This document shows positions 9,400 to 20,947 of a stretch of 47,927 nt of DNA, in pieces. Within the stretch, counting starts at the first letter, position 1; the number at the start of each line of letters is the position of its first letter. The stretch spans positions 1 to 47,927 of the forward strand of contig JAXJUX010000136.1 of assembly GCA_036308845.1 (NCBI GenBank), read 5' to 3'. Source of the DNA: Ruminococcus sp. GTDB lineage: Bacteria; Bacillota; Clostridia; Lachnospirales; Lachnospiraceae. Under the pieces are notes generated by a model. The model was not told where the DNA came from, ran no database searches, and saw only the letters and a program-made list of their open reading frames with translations. Made by a program: the position numbers and the translations under genes.

Positions 9400-10722
9400 T
9401 TATTCTTCAGCCAGTACTTCGTTCATATCTTCTGCTGCCTGTAAGCAAGCTTCTTCCATTGTGATTTCACCCATCCAAGCCTGTTTGAATGTAGCGTTGA
9501 TAGCATCATTCCATGTTGTTGTGTTTTTGGAATGAGGGAAGATGTACATGTTTTCCCACATGTTCAGGTATGCCTGCAGGTTGAAGTCAGGAGCTGCGTT
9601 AACCCATGCATCAGATGTTCCGATGTAAGCGGACATTGTTACACCAAGTTCAGCCTGTTTCAACTGAGCTTCTTCAGATCCTAAGTATTCGATCAGCTGC
9701 CAAGCTTCTTCTGGATGTTCTGTTGTAGCAGAAGCTGCCCATCCAAGACCATTGTAGATAGAAGCACGTTTTCCAGTTTTGGAGCTCATTGGCAGTTCTA
9801 CGAAATCACAGTTTGCTGCTGTGTATTCGTTTGCTTTGAATTCAGCAAGCATCCAGGAACCCTGAGATGTCATAGCCAGCTGTCCGTTTTCGATCAGAGC
9901 AGATGGTCCGTTTTCGGAAACAACTTCCTGAGATGGCATAGCGCCGGATTTCAGCAAGGAGTCTAACAGTTCCATAGCTTCGATTGTTTCAGGCTGATCA
10001 AATCCAGATACCATGTTTTCCTGATCTAACATATATCCGTCATAAGAATAAATCCAGTTAGCATATCCAGACTGGAAGTCATCACTAGACATAGCGTATC
10101 CATAAGCACCTGTAGCTTCATGGATTTTGATAGCTGCGTCACACAGGTCTTCCCATGTCCATTCGTTTGTAGGATAATCTACACCTGCTGCATCAAACAG
10201 TGTTTTATCATATAACAGAGCGATTGTATCAACGTCTTTTGGTACAGCGTAATTTTTGCCTTCCCATGTGTACAGATCCCAGATATCTGCTGGGTAGTTT
10301 TCTGTCTGGATTTTTTCACTTGCTGCGATCTGATCTGTCAGGTCTAACAGAATGTCGTTGGACATATAACGTACAGATTCGTTAGCGTGCATCCAGAATA
10401 CGTCTGGCAGGGAACCACCCTGAGCTGCTGCAGACAACATTGTCCAGTATTCACCCCAAGTTACCAACTGAACTTCTGTTTTGATACCAGTTTCAGCTGT
10501 GAAGTCTGCCATAATTTCTTCCAGACCTGGCTGCTGGTTGGAGTCCCAAAGACCTACTGTCAGAGTTACGTCGCTGGATCCACCTGTGGATTCGCTTGCT
10601 GCATCACTTGTAGATGCTGCATCATCAGAACTAGAAGAGCTGCTGCTGCTTCCGCCACAAGCTGCTAATGATAATGTCATCATTCCAGCTAATGCAAGTG
10701 CTAATACTTTTTTGAATTTCAT
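9400..10722 (-). CDS. Sugar ABC transporter substrate-binding lipoprotein
   Basis: Lipobox LAAC, Ser-rich linker, PDVFW and SBP_bac_1-like motifs. Confidence 0.93.
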   Translation of the reverse strand: MKFKKVLALALAGMMTLSLAACGGSSSSSSSSDDAASTSDAASESTGGSSDVTLTVGLWDSNQQPGLEEIMADFTAETGIKTEVQLVTWGEYWTMLSAAAQGGSLPDVFWMHANESVRYMSNDILLDLTDQIAASEKIQTENYPADIWDLYTWEGKNYAVPKDVDTIALLYDKTLFDAAGVDYPTNEWTWEDLCDAAIKIHEATGAYGYAMSSDDFQSGYANWIYSYDGYMLDQENMVSGFDQPETIEAMELLDSLLKSGAMPSQEVVSENGPSALIENGQLAMTSQGSWMLAEFKANEYTAANCDFVELPMSSKTGKRASIYNGLGWAASATTEHPEEAWQLIEYLGSEEAQLKQAELGVTMSAYIGTSDAWVNAAPDFNLQAYLNMWENMYIFPHSKNTTTWNDAINATFKQAWMGEITMEEACLQAAEDMNEVLAEE

Positions 10723-11018
10723 TTCATTCTCCTCCTTAATGAAAATAATTTTGCCAGCGCATCAAACCACCAAGCGCTGACCCTTGTCCTTATTATACTT
10801 TTCTATAGAATAATGTTAAATGGCTATATGTTTTTTACTTATGGAAAAATGTTACTATTTTTATCCATTTTGTACATTGTCGCACAGTTTTTTCTCGTTT
10901 TTCTTGTCATTTTATCACCATTTTGTGCAAATTACCTGTCATTTTTCCTTTGTTTTATGGGATTTTTTTGTGTTTTTTTGCCACTTTTGCCATTTTGACT
11001 TTGTTTATCATTTAACAT

Positions 11019-11065
11019 TTTTCTATATTTTCCACATTTTCTACATTTTTTCCACATTATCCACA
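11019..11065 (+). repeat. Five near-tandem 9-mers resembling DnaA boxes
   Basis: TTTTCTATA, TTTTCCACA, TTTTCTACA, TTTTCCACA, TTATCCACA. Confidence 0.6.
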
Positions 11066-11184
11066 AAAAACTACCCCCATTTTATTAAATTACCATTAAA
11101 TATCACAAGATGTTTTGCATTTTATACAGATTAGTGTTAGAATTGATTCATTATCGCATATGCGACAAAAGGAAAGGAGTCGTT

Positions 11185-11862
11185 ATGTTTACATTTAACG
11201 AAGACAATTTTTTATACATTATCCTTAGCAGAATCTGGGATATTGTTCTTGTGAATATTCTTTTTATTGTTTGCTCTATTCCTATTGTGACGATTGGACC
11301 TGCATTTACTGCCATGCACCACGTTACACTGCGAATCGTAAAAGGAAATAATCCGGGAACGTTCAAAACATTTTTCCGGGCATTCAAACAGAATTTCAAG
11401 CAGTCCTTTATCGTATGGCTGATTTCTCTGGTTTGTATCGTTGTATTACTGAGTAATATTCAGTTTCTTCAGACTATAACTCCAACCAGTTTTGCAAGTT
11501 TCCTTTATTATGCGTCCTATATCATGCTGATTTTCATCATCATTATGAACCTTTATATCCATCCGGTGATTGCTGCATTTGAAGGAGCTTTAAAAACACA
11601 GATTCGTAATTCTGTCATTTTTATTTTTTCAAAACTTTCCTACGCATTCATTATGTTTTTTGTTTGGGCTTTTCCATTGTCATTGGCTTACATAGATACA
11701 GGACTTCAGCCATTGTATGCATTTTGCTGGGCATTCTTTGGATTCGCTACCGCAGCTTATATCAATTCTACGTTCTTATATAAGCTGTTCAAACCATACT
11801 TGCCGGAAGATGAAGATGATGACATTACGGCTGATATCGATTTCCGTGTACCGGAAAATTAA
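11185..11862 (+). CDS. YesL/DUF624 family membrane protein
   Basis: CSIPIVTIGPA...FFRAFKQNFKQ signature; AAAGGAG RBS before ATG 11185. Confidence 0.88.
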   Translation: MFTFNEDNFLYIILSRIWDIVLVNILFIVCSIPIVTIGPAFTAMHHVTLRIVKGNNPGTFKTFFRAFKQNFKQSFIVWLISLVCIVVLLSNIQFLQTITPTSFASFLYYASYIMLIFIIIMNLYIHPVIAAFEGALKTQIRNSVIFIFSKLSYAFIMFFVWAFPLSLAYIDTGLQPLYAFCWAFFGFATAAYINSTFLYKLFKPYLPEDEDDDITADIDFRVPEN

Positions 11863-11908
11863 AACAACAAAAAAGAACATCCGCGGAGGTTCTTTTTTGT
11901 TTGTATTC

Positions 11909-13141
11909 TTATTTTCTAGCTTTTTTCGCTTCTTTACGTTCTTCTAATTTCGATACAATAATTGCACATGCAGAGTCACCTGTGATGTTTACTGTTGTTC
12001 TTCCCATATCGAAGATACGGTCAACACCTGCAACAAGAGCAATACCTTCTACAGGAAGACCTACACTCTGAAGTACCATTGCCAGCATAACCATACCAGC
12101 TCCCGGAACACCTGCTGTACCGATGGAAGCAAGTGTTGCTGTCAATACGATCGTTACCATCTGCGCCAATGTCAGATCAATACCGTAACATGTTGCGATA
12201 AATACTGCACAAACCCCTTGATAAATCGCTGTACCATCCATGTTAATGGTAGCTCCCAGAGGAAGTACAAAACTTGCTACGTCTTTTTTCGCACCCAATT
12301 TCTCAGCACATTCCAAGTTGATTGGCAAAGTTCCTACAGAAGATGCACTGGAAAACGCCATGATCATCGCTGGTGCCATACCTTTGAAAAATGCAATCGG
12401 GCTTAAACCTGCCATACTTTTTACAGTTGCGGAATATACAACAACCATATGAACCACGTAACCAACATAAGCGGTCAGCAATACCATTGCCAGAGAACCA
12501 AGAATCTTTGGTCCATTTTCAGCAACTACAGGTGTGATCAGACAAAATACACCGATTGGTGATAATTTCAGGATCAGTTCCATGATTACCATACTTACTT
12601 CTGTCAGACTGTCAATAACGGCAGCCAAAGGATCACCTTTTTCACCAGCCAGAATAATACCAAAACCAAAGAACAGAGCAATTACAATAACCTGAAGCAT
12701 GGAAGCATTTGCCATAGGCTGAATGATATTTGATGGGAAAATATCAATTAATGTATCCATAAAGCTAACACTTGTAGCAACTTCATATTCCAGATCCGTT
12801 GTTTCGAGAATCTGATATGTACCTTTGAAAATATTAGAAAAGACAAGACCAATAACAACCGCAAAAGCTGTTGTACACAGATAGTAAACTACTGTTTTCC
12901 AACCAATAGATCCTACTTTTCGAATGTCTCTCATGGAGATAACCCCTGAGATAATAGAGCACAGAACGATTGGAACTACGATAAACTTAACAAGATTTAA
13001 GAAAATCGTTCCAAATGGTTTCACGTACGAAACAGCCCATTCTGCCTTTCCAATTGCCATGAAAATCAATCCGGCAACAATTCCCAGCCCAAGACCAATA
13101 AAAATCTGAGCTGCCAGTGATAATTTCTTTTTTTCCTTCAT
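11909..13141 (-). CDS. Dicarboxylate/amino acid:cation symporter (DAACS)
   Basis: AFSSASS, GATINMDGT, SIGTAGVPG and DMGRTTVN motifs; AGGAGG RBS before ATG 13141. Confidence 0.95.
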   Translation of the reverse strand: MKEKKKLSLAAQIFIGLGLGIVAGLIFMAIGKAEWAVSYVKPFGTIFLNLVKFIVVPIVLCSIISGVISMRDIRKVGSIGWKTVVYYLCTTAFAVVIGLVFSNIFKGTYQILETTDLEYEVATSVSFMDTLIDIFPSNIIQPMANASMLQVIVIALFFGFGIILAGEKGDPLAAVIDSLTEVSMVIMELILKLSPIGVFCLITPVVAENGPKILGSLAMVLLTAYVGYVVHMVVVYSATVKSMAGLSPIAFFKGMAPAMIMAFSSASSVGTLPINLECAEKLGAKKDVASFVLPLGATINMDGTAIYQGVCAVFIATCYGIDLTLAQMVTIVLTATLASIGTAGVPGAGMVMLAMVLQSVGLPVEGIALVAGVDRIFDMGRTTVNITGDSACAIIVSKLEERKEAKKARK

Positions 13142-13301
13142 TTGTGTCCTCCTGCATAATTGTGATACATTCATTATACCTTGGAAACACATCTTTCACC
13201 AAACAAAATTATCAGTTTTTTATATTAATTACATTATATTAAGTATACCTTTTTTCATATATCGTCTGAAAATATTAGAATTTTCTAAATCTATGTATTT
13301 T

Positions 13302-13973
13302 TTACTTTATTTTCTTCAAATATAAGATATTATTCATCAGAAAATTGCTGTATTGGGTCATAAATTTGAGATATTCTTTTCCATCCGCATAATATTCTTT
13401 TCCCCAGGAGGACAAGTGAATCCATCTTCCTTCCCGTCCGACAATCGTCATATAATGTGCCCTTGTCTCGTTTGCAGATATGTATTTTCCATCTTCTTTC
13501 ACATACAGATTCAGCTTTTTCTTTTTCCAGAAAAATGGAAGATTCGGTCCCACAGACACGATGACCGGCAATTCCTGACTCAGCATCGTATCAATGCTTC
13601 GCTGCAACTTACGCGGACGCACTGCCCACCATGCAAAAAGAGGAATCCTGTGTCGCAAAAAATATACGTTCATTCCAAGCGCAAGAACAAAACCACTCAT
13701 CCCATGCCCCGGAATTACCGGCAGATATTTTTTCCATAATTTCTCTGCATAAACATTGTATTCTTCTATCGTCAGTGTATCTTTGTCACAGGAAAATTCG
13801 TCACTGCTATACTTTGGATGATTTTTCCCAAGATACAACATAATGTCTGTTGCAGCGATTACACCGCAACCCGATTTCTGCAAAAATTCACGATCAAAGT
13901 TTTTTTGATTTCCTCCAAAGGTTTCTCCTGTTTCCGTTTTTACTTTTATCCAATCATTCTTTAAAGCTGGCAT
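13302..13973 (-). CDS. Hypothetical protein, papain-like (C39-like) cysteine peptidase fold suspected
   Basis: GNQ...SGCG, HYMTIVG and SSWG arranged like Gln/Cys/His catalytic elements. Confidence 0.5.
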   Translation of the reverse strand: MPALKNDWIKVKTETGETFGGNQKNFDREFLQKSGCGVIAATDIMLYLGKNHPKYSSDEFSCDKDTLTIEEYNVYAEKLWKKYLPVIPGHGMSGFVLALGMNVYFLRHRIPLFAWWAVRPRKLQRSIDTMLSQELPVIVSVGPNLPFFWKKKKLNLYVKEDGKYISANETRAHYMTIVGREGRWIHLSSWGKEYYADGKEYLKFMTQYSNFLMNNILYLKKIK

Positions 13974-13990
13974 ATATATTCCTTCCTGTA

Positions 13991-14812
13991 TTATGTAAAA
14001 ATCTCATCCCCACTGTGGCAATACTGCAGTTTCTCACCCAAAATCTCTTTCATCACTGCAAATGGATGTTCACCCGTGCAATGTCCTGTATAAAATTTTG
14101 TTTTCGTAACAAGCAATCTTTTCGCGGTTTCTTTCATCATCGCAATATCCTGTTCGTCATAGCCGGACTTTTTCATCATATGAAATCCACTGATCATCAC
14201 ATCAGGTTCTTCCTGATAAAGCTCCTGATACTTTTCCAGAATATTCAACACGCCGTTGTGCGCACAGCCGGATAACAGATACTTCTTTCCTCCTTGAGAA
14301 ATGACCAGATACTGCTCATGCCGAAACGAATCCTGTACATTTCCCTGCGCTGTCTTTTCTACCAATTCCCGATTTCCTTTTGGCCACACCAGACGTCCCG
14401 TAACATTAGAAAATATTACTAATTCTTCGTCCAATTTCTGATTTTCTTCTATATAAATCACCTGAGGAAGTACCGCAATCTGCGAATCAATCCCAATATA
14501 TTTATCACCGGTGTCGTACGCATGATAATAAGCGCCGGTTGCTGTCTTCTGCATATAAATCTTTGCCTGTGGATTGATCTGCGCAAAAGCGAGCAAACCG
14601 CCGGAATGGTCATAATGTCCATGACTTAAAAACACAGAATCCACCTGTTTCAAATCAATTCCCAATATCCGGGCATTTTCCAGAAATTTATCCGAAGCAC
14701 CCGTATCTACCAATATTTTGTGTTTTTCTGTTTCGATATAAAAACTCAATCCATGTTCATACGCACAGCCAGCAACTCCGGGCGTATTTTCTATCAAATT
14801 TACAATTTTCAT
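13991..14812 (-). CDS. Metallo-beta-lactamase-fold hydrolase
   Basis: EHGLS, DTG, SHGHYDHSGG, GCAH, GFH and GHCTG motifs. Confidence 0.9.
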   Translation of the reverse strand: MKIVNLIENTPGVAGCAYEHGLSFYIETEKHKILVDTGASDKFLENARILGIDLKQVDSVFLSHGHYDHSGGLLAFAQINPQAKIYMQKTATGAYYHAYDTGDKYIGIDSQIAVLPQVIYIEENQKLDEELVIFSNVTGRLVWPKGNRELVEKTAQGNVQDSFRHEQYLVISQGGKKYLLSGCAHNGVLNILEKYQELYQEEPDVMISGFHMMKKSGYDEQDIAMMKETAKRLLVTKTKFYTGHCTGEHPFAVMKEILGEKLQYCHSGDEIFT

Positions 14813-15312
14813 AACTCAAATGCCTGCTTAATACTATTATAATGAAGAAAAATTCCCTGATCGGCAAATTCCCGAATCTGTTCTACCGTCGCCAGCATAA
14901 ATCCATCGGTTTCCGCTTCCTGTGCCTTCACATCGCTCTCATCAAAATCCATGATAAAACGATAGACGTCAACAAAATAATTATCCCCTTCTCCCGGATT
15001 TTCTCTTTTATAGGTAAATAAGTATCCTCCCTGACTGTTTGTCACATCAAGACCTGTTTCTTCCCATACTTCTCTGCGAACTGCATCTGCAGAATCTTCT
15101 CCTGCCATTACCGCACCGCCGGAAACTTCCCACCATCCTGGCGCCCATGCTTTTGTCATCACGCGTTTTGTAATCAAAAATTTCCCATCTGGACGGGCAA
15201 CCACACCAAGTACGGTCAAATGGTATTCTCCATCCTGCAGACACCAATCATTTCTTTTCATCGTACGTCCGGTGCGCTGTTTATTTTTATCGTAAATATC
15301 CCATAATTCCAT
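14809..15312 (-). CDS. NUDIX hydrolase
   Basis: Nudix box GGAVMAGEDSADAVRREVWEETGL. Confidence 0.92.
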   Translation of the reverse strand: MELWDIYDKNKQRTGRTMKRNDWCLQDGEYHLTVLGVVARPDGKFLITKRVMTKAWAPGWWEVSGGAVMAGEDSADAVRREVWEETGLDVTNSQGGYLFTYKRENPGEGDNYFVDVYRFIMDFDESDVKAQEAETDGFMLATVEQIREFADQGIFLHYNSIKQAFEL

Positions 15313-15450
15313 TGTTATTCACCTCTGTCGTCTATTTTACATATTTCCAAGCTACACTATTATACATTACCACACTAAAAAAAGAAAGTATTGTTATTTA
15401 GGAAAAAGAAAAACGGAAGAAAACCCATCGGTCTTCTCCCGCTTATCTTT

Positions 15451-17703
15451 TTATAAATGCCAGATATCTCTGTTATATTCTTCAATTGTTCTGTCAGATG
15501 AGAAATATCCTGCTTTGCTGATGTTGATCAGCATTTTCTTTGCCCATTCTTTGCAATCTGTGTAGTCTTTGCAAGCCTGATCTTTTGCTTTTACATATGC
15601 TCTGAAATCAGGAAGTGTCATAAACCAGTCTTTATATAACAGTTCTTTCTGCAGACGTTCCAGATTTTCCTGACATCCAACCGTAAGCATTGTTTTACTT
15701 GTGATAAAATCGATGGCATCTCTGATCGCATTATCATTTTCATAATATGCTCTGGAGCAGTAATTTCCTTTTTTGTAACGTTCAATGACAGTTTCACTGG
15801 AATCACCGAAAATATAAATATTTTCATCACCAACCAGTTCGTGAATTTCCACGTTTGCACCGTCTTCTGTTCCCAGTGTAACTGCACCATTCAGCATAAA
15901 TTTCATATTTCCTGTTCCGCTGGCTTCCTTGGATGCCAAAGAAATCTGTTCGGAAATATCACAGGCCGGAATCAGTTTTTCCGCATTTGTTACATTGTAG
16001 TTTTCTACCATAACCACGTTCAGATATGGATTGACACGTTCATCATTTTTGATGATTTCCTGCAGACAGAGAATCAAATGAATGATGTCCTGCGCGATAA
16101 TATATGCTGGTGCAGCTTTTGCTCCAAAAATCATGGTGATTGGTGTTTCTGGTTTGTGTCCTGCTTTGATTTCCAAATATTTATGAATGATGTACAGCGC
16201 ATTCAACTGCTGACGTTTATATTCGTGCAGACGTTTGATCTGAATATCATAGATAGAATTTTCATCGATGTTCAGATTCTGTGTACGCTGTAAAAATTCT
16301 TTCAGTTCTTTTTTGTTTTCCATTTTGATATCCAGAAGCTGGTTCAGAACCTTTTCATCATCCACAAATGCAGCCAGTTTTTCCAATTCGGAAGCATCCT
16401 TTTTGTATCCGTCTCCAATCAGAGAAGTGATCAATTCTGCCAACTTTGGATTGCTGTGCAGTAACCAGCGGCGGAAGGTGATTCCGTTTGTTTTGTTATT
16501 GAACTTTTCCGGATAAATTTTGTAGAAATTATTCAATTCATTTTCTTTCAAAATATCTGTGTGCAGGGAAGCAACTCCATTTACACTGAATCCATAATGA
16601 ATATCGATATGTGCCATGTGTACACGGTTATCTTTATCAATAATATATACAGATTCGTCGTCATATTCTTCACGCACGCGTCTGTCCAGTTCACGGATGA
16701 TTGGAACCAACTGTGGAACAACTTTTTCCAAATAACGCATTGGCCATTTTTCCAGTGCTTCGGATAAAATTGTATGGTTTGTGTACGCACATGTACGTTT
16801 TACCACTTCAATGGCTTTATCCATATCCATTCCGAACTCAATCAGCAGACGGATCAATTCCGGAATAACCATCGTTGGGTGTGTATCATTGATCTGAATT
16901 ACTGCGTATTCGGATAAATCGAACCATACACAGCCTTTTTTCTTACATTCATCCAGAATCAGTCTTGCCGCATTGCTTACCATAAAATACTGCTGATAGA
17001 TTCTCAGAAGCTGACCGGCTTCATCTCCATCATCTGGATACAGGAATAATGTCAGATTCTTTTCGATATCTGTTTTATCGAAGTCAATACCGTCTGTTAC
17101 GATTGTATCGTCTACACTTTCCACATCAAACAAATGCAATTTGTTTGTCTTATTGTTGTATCCAGTTACATCAATATCGTACATTCTGGAAACTACTGTT
17201 TTGTCTCCAAAATTTACTTTATAAGATACATCTGTCTTTTTCAGCCAGCTGTTTTCTTCGATCCATGGATTTGGCTGAGCAGTCTGTTTGTTATTTTCAA
17301 ATACCTGTTTGAACAATCCATAATGATAATTCAGACCAACGCCATCTCCATTCAGACCTAAAGTTGCGATGGAATCCAGGAAACATGCTGCCAAACGTCC
17401 AAGACCACCATTTCCCAGGGATGGTTCTGGTTCGATTTCTTCAATCTCAGCAATATCTTTTCCGTTTTCTTCCAGAAGTTCTTTTACTTCATTATAAATT
17501 CCCAGATTAATCAAGTTGTTGGAAAGCAGTTTTCCAATCAGGAATTCTGCAGATATATAGTATAATTTCTTTTTGTCATTACTTTCTTCTTTTTCCTTGG
17601 CCAGTTCACTAACCAACTGCAGCAACCCTACATAAATTTCCTGATTTGTGCTCTCTTTCAGTTCTTTTCCCAATTTTTCAGTTAACATCTGTTTTACATT
17701 CAT
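15451..17703 (-). CDS. glgP: Glycogen/maltodextrin phosphorylase
   Basis: [30 protein letters not shown] and the PLP-binding EASGTGNMK motif. Confidence 0.96.
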   Translation of the reverse strand: MNVKQMLTEKLGKELKESTNQEIYVGLLQLVSELAKEKEESNDKKKLYYISAEFLIGKLLSNNLINLGIYNEVKELLEENGKDIAEIEEIEPEPSLGNGGLGRLAACFLDSIATLGLNGDGVGLNYHYGLFKQVFENNKQTAQPNPWIEENSWLKKTDVSYKVNFGDKTVVSRMYDIDVTGYNNKTNKLHLFDVESVDDTIVTDGIDFDKTDIEKNLTLFLYPDDGDEAGQLLRIYQQYFMVSNAARLILDECKKKGCVWFDLSEYAVIQINDTHPTMVIPELIRLLIEFGMDMDKAIEVVKRTCAYTNHTILSEALEKWPMRYLEKVVPQLVPIIRELDRRVREEYDDESVYIIDKDNRVHMAHIDIHYGFSVNGVASLHTDILKENELNNFYKIYPEKFNNKTNGITFRRWLLHSNPKLAELITSLIGDGYKKDASELEKLAAFVDDEKVLNQLLDIKMENKKELKEFLQRTQNLNIDENSIYDIQIKRLHEYKRQQLNALYIIHKYLEIKAGHKPETPITMIFGAKAAPAYIIAQDIIHLILCLQEIIKNDERVNPYLNVVMVENYNVTNAEKLIPACDISEQISLASKEASGTGNMKFMLNGAVTLGTEDGANVEIHELVGDENIYIFGDSSETVIERYKKGNYCSRAYYENDNAIRDAIDFITSKTMLTVGCQENLERLQKELLYKDWFMTLPDFRAYVKAKDQACKDYTDCKEWAKKMLINISKAGYFSSDRTIEEYNRDIWHL

Positions 17704-17950
17704 ACTTCATTAACTCCTTTCTCAAGTTAATATACAATGTTGATTCAGCAGAGTGTTTCTTATCTTTCTGTTGCTTTTTACGATGTATACTTTACCGCAT
17801 TTCCGTGTTGATTTCTTGCAGAATTCTTTCCATTTTTTGCACAAAACTATCATATCATTTTAGGCAATTAGGAGAATTTTACGTTTTTTATTGTATTTTG
17901 ACCATTTTTTTGCTATATTTTAATCACAAAACTATTTTGGAGGTATTACT

Positions 17951-18820
17951 ATGGACTCAACCCGTTATGAAATATTTCACGAAGCAAAAACCCATACTTC
18001 CCACGATTTTCCATATAATACCTACGTCTGTGCAATTCCTCTGGATTTTCATTACGTCCCGATTCACTGGCACGAAGAAATGGAAATTATTGTAATCAAA
18101 AAAGGCGCAGGTATCGTCACTGTCAATCTGGTTCCTTATGATGTAGCTGCTGGCGATTGTGTTTTTATCCTTCCTGGACAGCTCCATTCCATTTCCCAAA
18201 AGGAATATTTAATCATGGAATATGAAAACATCCTGTTTCGCCCTGCCATGTTAAAAGCCGTTGGAGAAGATTACTGCAACAATGAATTTTTCCATCCATT
18301 ATTTTCGGGTTTGATGGATTTTCCACCGTTGATCACCGACCAGGTTCCTTATTATACGGATATTCGCAATGCCATTGACACCGTTGACCAGCTTTGCGAC
18401 CGTCGTCCTTATGGGTATCAACTGGCTATCAAAGGCTATTGGTTTCAAATTTTTTTCACATTGTTCACCAATCACCCTACAAAAAAATATTCCCCTGAAC
18501 AGAAAAAATCATTAGAGAAAGTAAAATTGATTCTTTCCTATATTCAGGAGAATTATTCCCGACAGATTACAATAGAAGAAATTGCACAGGTCTGCTATTA
18601 TAGTAAGTCGCACTTTATGAAATTTTTCAAAAACACAATGGGGATGGGATTCACCCAATATCTAAATGATTATCGTCTGGAACTGGCTGGGCAGATGCTT
18701 TTGTCCACTTCCGACAGTATTTTGGACATTGCATCCCGCACCGGCTTTGACAATCTTTCCTATTTTAACCGCATGTTTAAGAGGAAATATGGGGTTACAC
18801 CGGGGAATTACCGGAAATAA
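17951..18820 (+). CDS. AraC-family regulator, divergent from glgP
   Basis: HWHEEME cupin; GFDNLSYFNRMFKRKYGVTP. Confidence 0.93.
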   Translation: MDSTRYEIFHEAKTHTSHDFPYNTYVCAIPLDFHYVPIHWHEEMEIIVIKKGAGIVTVNLVPYDVAAGDCVFILPGQLHSISQKEYLIMEYENILFRPAMLKAVGEDYCNNEFFHPLFSGLMDFPPLITDQVPYYTDIRNAIDTVDQLCDRRPYGYQLAIKGYWFQIFFTLFTNHPTKKYSPEQKKSLEKVKLILSYIQENYSRQITIEEIAQVCYYSKSHFMKFFKNTMGMGFTQYLNDYRLELAGQMLLSTSDSILDIASRTGFDNLSYFNRMFKRKYGVTPGNYRK

Positions 18821-18833
18821 CATGTTTGTTCCT

Positions 18834-19829
18834 TTATTGTAAAATTTCTTTGTATACACGCAATACATTTTTATGGAAAATTGCTTCAATCTCGCTTTCA
18901 TGGAATCCCTGTTTTTTCAGTTCCTGTTCCAAAAGTGGAAGCATGGAGCAATTTTTCATTTCCAATTCGCCGCCGATTCCGTCAAAGTCAGAACCAAGCC
19001 CTACGCATTCGATACCGCCTACATTTGCCAGATAACGGGCATGTTCTGCCAGACGTTTCACCGTACAGATAGCTTTTTCTTCTTCTGTTGCGTCCATCAC
19101 AAATGCCGGACAATAATTCAATCCCGTTACTCCACCTCTTTCAGCAAGCTTGCGAATCATATCATCCGTCAGATTACGGCAATGAGAACCCAGCGCTCTG
19201 GCATTGGAGTGACTTGCTACAAATGGTTTTGTGGTATGTTCGTAAATATCATAAAATCCTTTATCAGACAAATGTGAAACATCGATAATAATTCCCAAAC
19301 GCTCCATTTCCTCAATAAATGCAAAACCTTTTTCCTTCAGACCCAATGTAGTATTTGGAACCAATGGATTCAGAGGACCATCTCCGGTACGCATCACATT
19401 TGGATACGCCAGTTCATTTTCAAAATTCCAGGTGAGTGTCATCATACGAACCCCAAGACGATATAAGTTACGAAGTACCGCAAGTTCACCCTTGCAGACA
19501 CCGCCTTCTTCTACTGTCAAAAGAGCTGACATTTTTCCAAGACGATTATTTTCCAAAATATCATCATAGGATCTTACCATCCCAATAACATCTTTGTTTT
19601 TTTCCATTTCCTGATAAAAAATATCCGTCAGCTGCATAACGGTGGTCATTGGATCTTCGCCGCTTTCCAAGTATACGAACATAGCAAAATTTTGCAGCAT
19701 ATAATCGCCCTGTTTCATTTTTTCCAGATCCAGATGCAGTGGATTGCTGCGAAGTTCCATACTTTCTCCTTTTTGTGCTGCTCCACGCAGAGCTGCAAGC
19801 GTGTCACAATGCATATCTACAACTTTCAT
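18834..19829 (-). CDS. Membrane dipeptidase family (M19) peptidase
   Basis: DMHCD, IDVSH, ASHSN and GSDFDG motifs. Confidence 0.92.
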   Translation of the reverse strand: MKVVDMHCDTLAALRGAAQKGESMELRSNPLHLDLEKMKQGDYMLQNFAMFVYLESGEDPMTTVMQLTDIFYQEMEKNKDVIGMVRSYDDILENNRLGKMSALLTVEEGGVCKGELAVLRNLYRLGVRMMTLTWNFENELAYPNVMRTGDGPLNPLVPNTTLGLKEKGFAFIEEMERLGIIIDVSHLSDKGFYDIYEHTTKPFVASHSNARALGSHCRNLTDDMIRKLAERGGVTGLNYCPAFVMDATEEEKAICTVKRLAEHARYLANVGGIECVGLGSDFDGIGGELEMKNCSMLPLLEQELKKQGFHESEIEAIFHKNVLRVYKEILQ

Positions 19830-19903
19830 ACAAAATTCCTCCTATTTTTCCTATAAGTTATAAACGGCTGCTGCACGTTCACGTCCAACAGCCATTTGTC
19901 CAC

Positions 19904-20947
19904 TTATTTTCCAACTAAAAATCCCAATTTGATTCTGCAAATAATTTCATTGACCAAACAAAGTACCACACAGCAAATCAATGTCGTCAGACCAATTCTT
20001 CCGTAATATTTCCATGTCGGAAGAATGAAATCCGTAAACATGCCATGCTTTTTATAAAATTCCTGTAAAATAGGCAATACCATTGTCTGATGCCATGCAT
20101 ACAGCAACATGGTGTTAACACCAATATAGCGAAGCGGAAACCAATTACACCAGTCTGCCAGAATAATGACTGCAAAAATTCCTGCAAATGCACTGATATA
20201 AGTCAAAGGTTCCATTCCATACTGACAGCTAAACAATTCCATATAACCGCCAAATACCTTCCAGTTCACCATTGCACAGGCTGCATTGATCACTATGAAT
20301 CCAACAAACAAAATCGGTTTATATTTTTTATTACTTAACAATTTCTGATTGATAACATCGGTTTTTCTGCAAAGATAACCTACATAGAAAAATGGCAATG
20401 TTGTCAGACAAACATCCATATTCCAGAACCATGCACCGCCGCCAAGACGATAATACACAAGCCCCGCCACAGCCAAAATCGTTACGATCGCTGCTCTGAT
20501 TTTTTCATTTTTTACAAAACGTACAATCACATAGAAAATGATATTCATCCAGAACAAACATGCAATAAACCACAGCGTCCAGAAGCGCTTCTGTGTAAGC
20601 AGCTGTGTAAGTTCATACATAAAATAATCTTTGTTGAACCAGCTTTCCGCAAACGGATTTCGGTTATTCCAATATGTATCAAACAAAATCAAAATTCCAC
20701 CTAAAAAGAAATATGGAACTAAAATTCGTTTGCATTTACCTTTTAAAAATTCTCCAAAAGAAGATTTCATAGAGAACAAATAACCCGACATAAAGAAAAA
20801 TAATGGCATATGAAAGCTATAAATCGGTACTTTTAAGGTTGCCATTTGCCCTGGTATAAAATGTTCTTCTGCATGAGAAATGATTACCAGAATCATGCAG
20901 ATTCCTTTTGCTACATCGACCCAGTCGATTCGTTTTTTAGTGCTCAT
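19904..20947 (-). CDS. Acyltransferase-3 family membrane protein
   Basis: RIDWVDVAKG...H, FHMPLFFFMSG and LWFI motifs. Confidence 0.9.
   Translation of the reverse strand: MSTKKRIDWVDVAKGICMILVIISHAEEHFIPGQMATLKVPIYSFHMPLFFFMSGYLFSMKSSFGEFLKGKCKRILVPYFFLGGILILFDTYWNNRNPFAESWFNKDYFMYELTQLLTQKRFWTLWFIACLFWMNIIFYVIVRFVKNEKIRAAIVTILAVAGLVYYRLGGGAWFWNMDVCLTTLPFFYVGYLCRKTDVINQKLLSNKKYKPILFVGFIVINAACAMVNWKVFGGYMELFSCQYGMEPLTYISAFAGIFAVIILADWCNWFPLRYIGVNTMLLYAWHQTMVLPILQEFYKKHGMFTDFILPTWKYYGRIGLTTLICCVVLCLVNEIICRIKLGFLVGK

Noticed and set aside
10610..10655. AGC repeats in the SBP gene as a phase-variable tract
   Set aside because: They encode an ordinary in-frame Ser-rich lipoprotein linker
10813..11134. 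Phe-rich ORFs in the SBP-YesL intergenic region
   Set aside because: Artefact of T-rich low-complexity DNA
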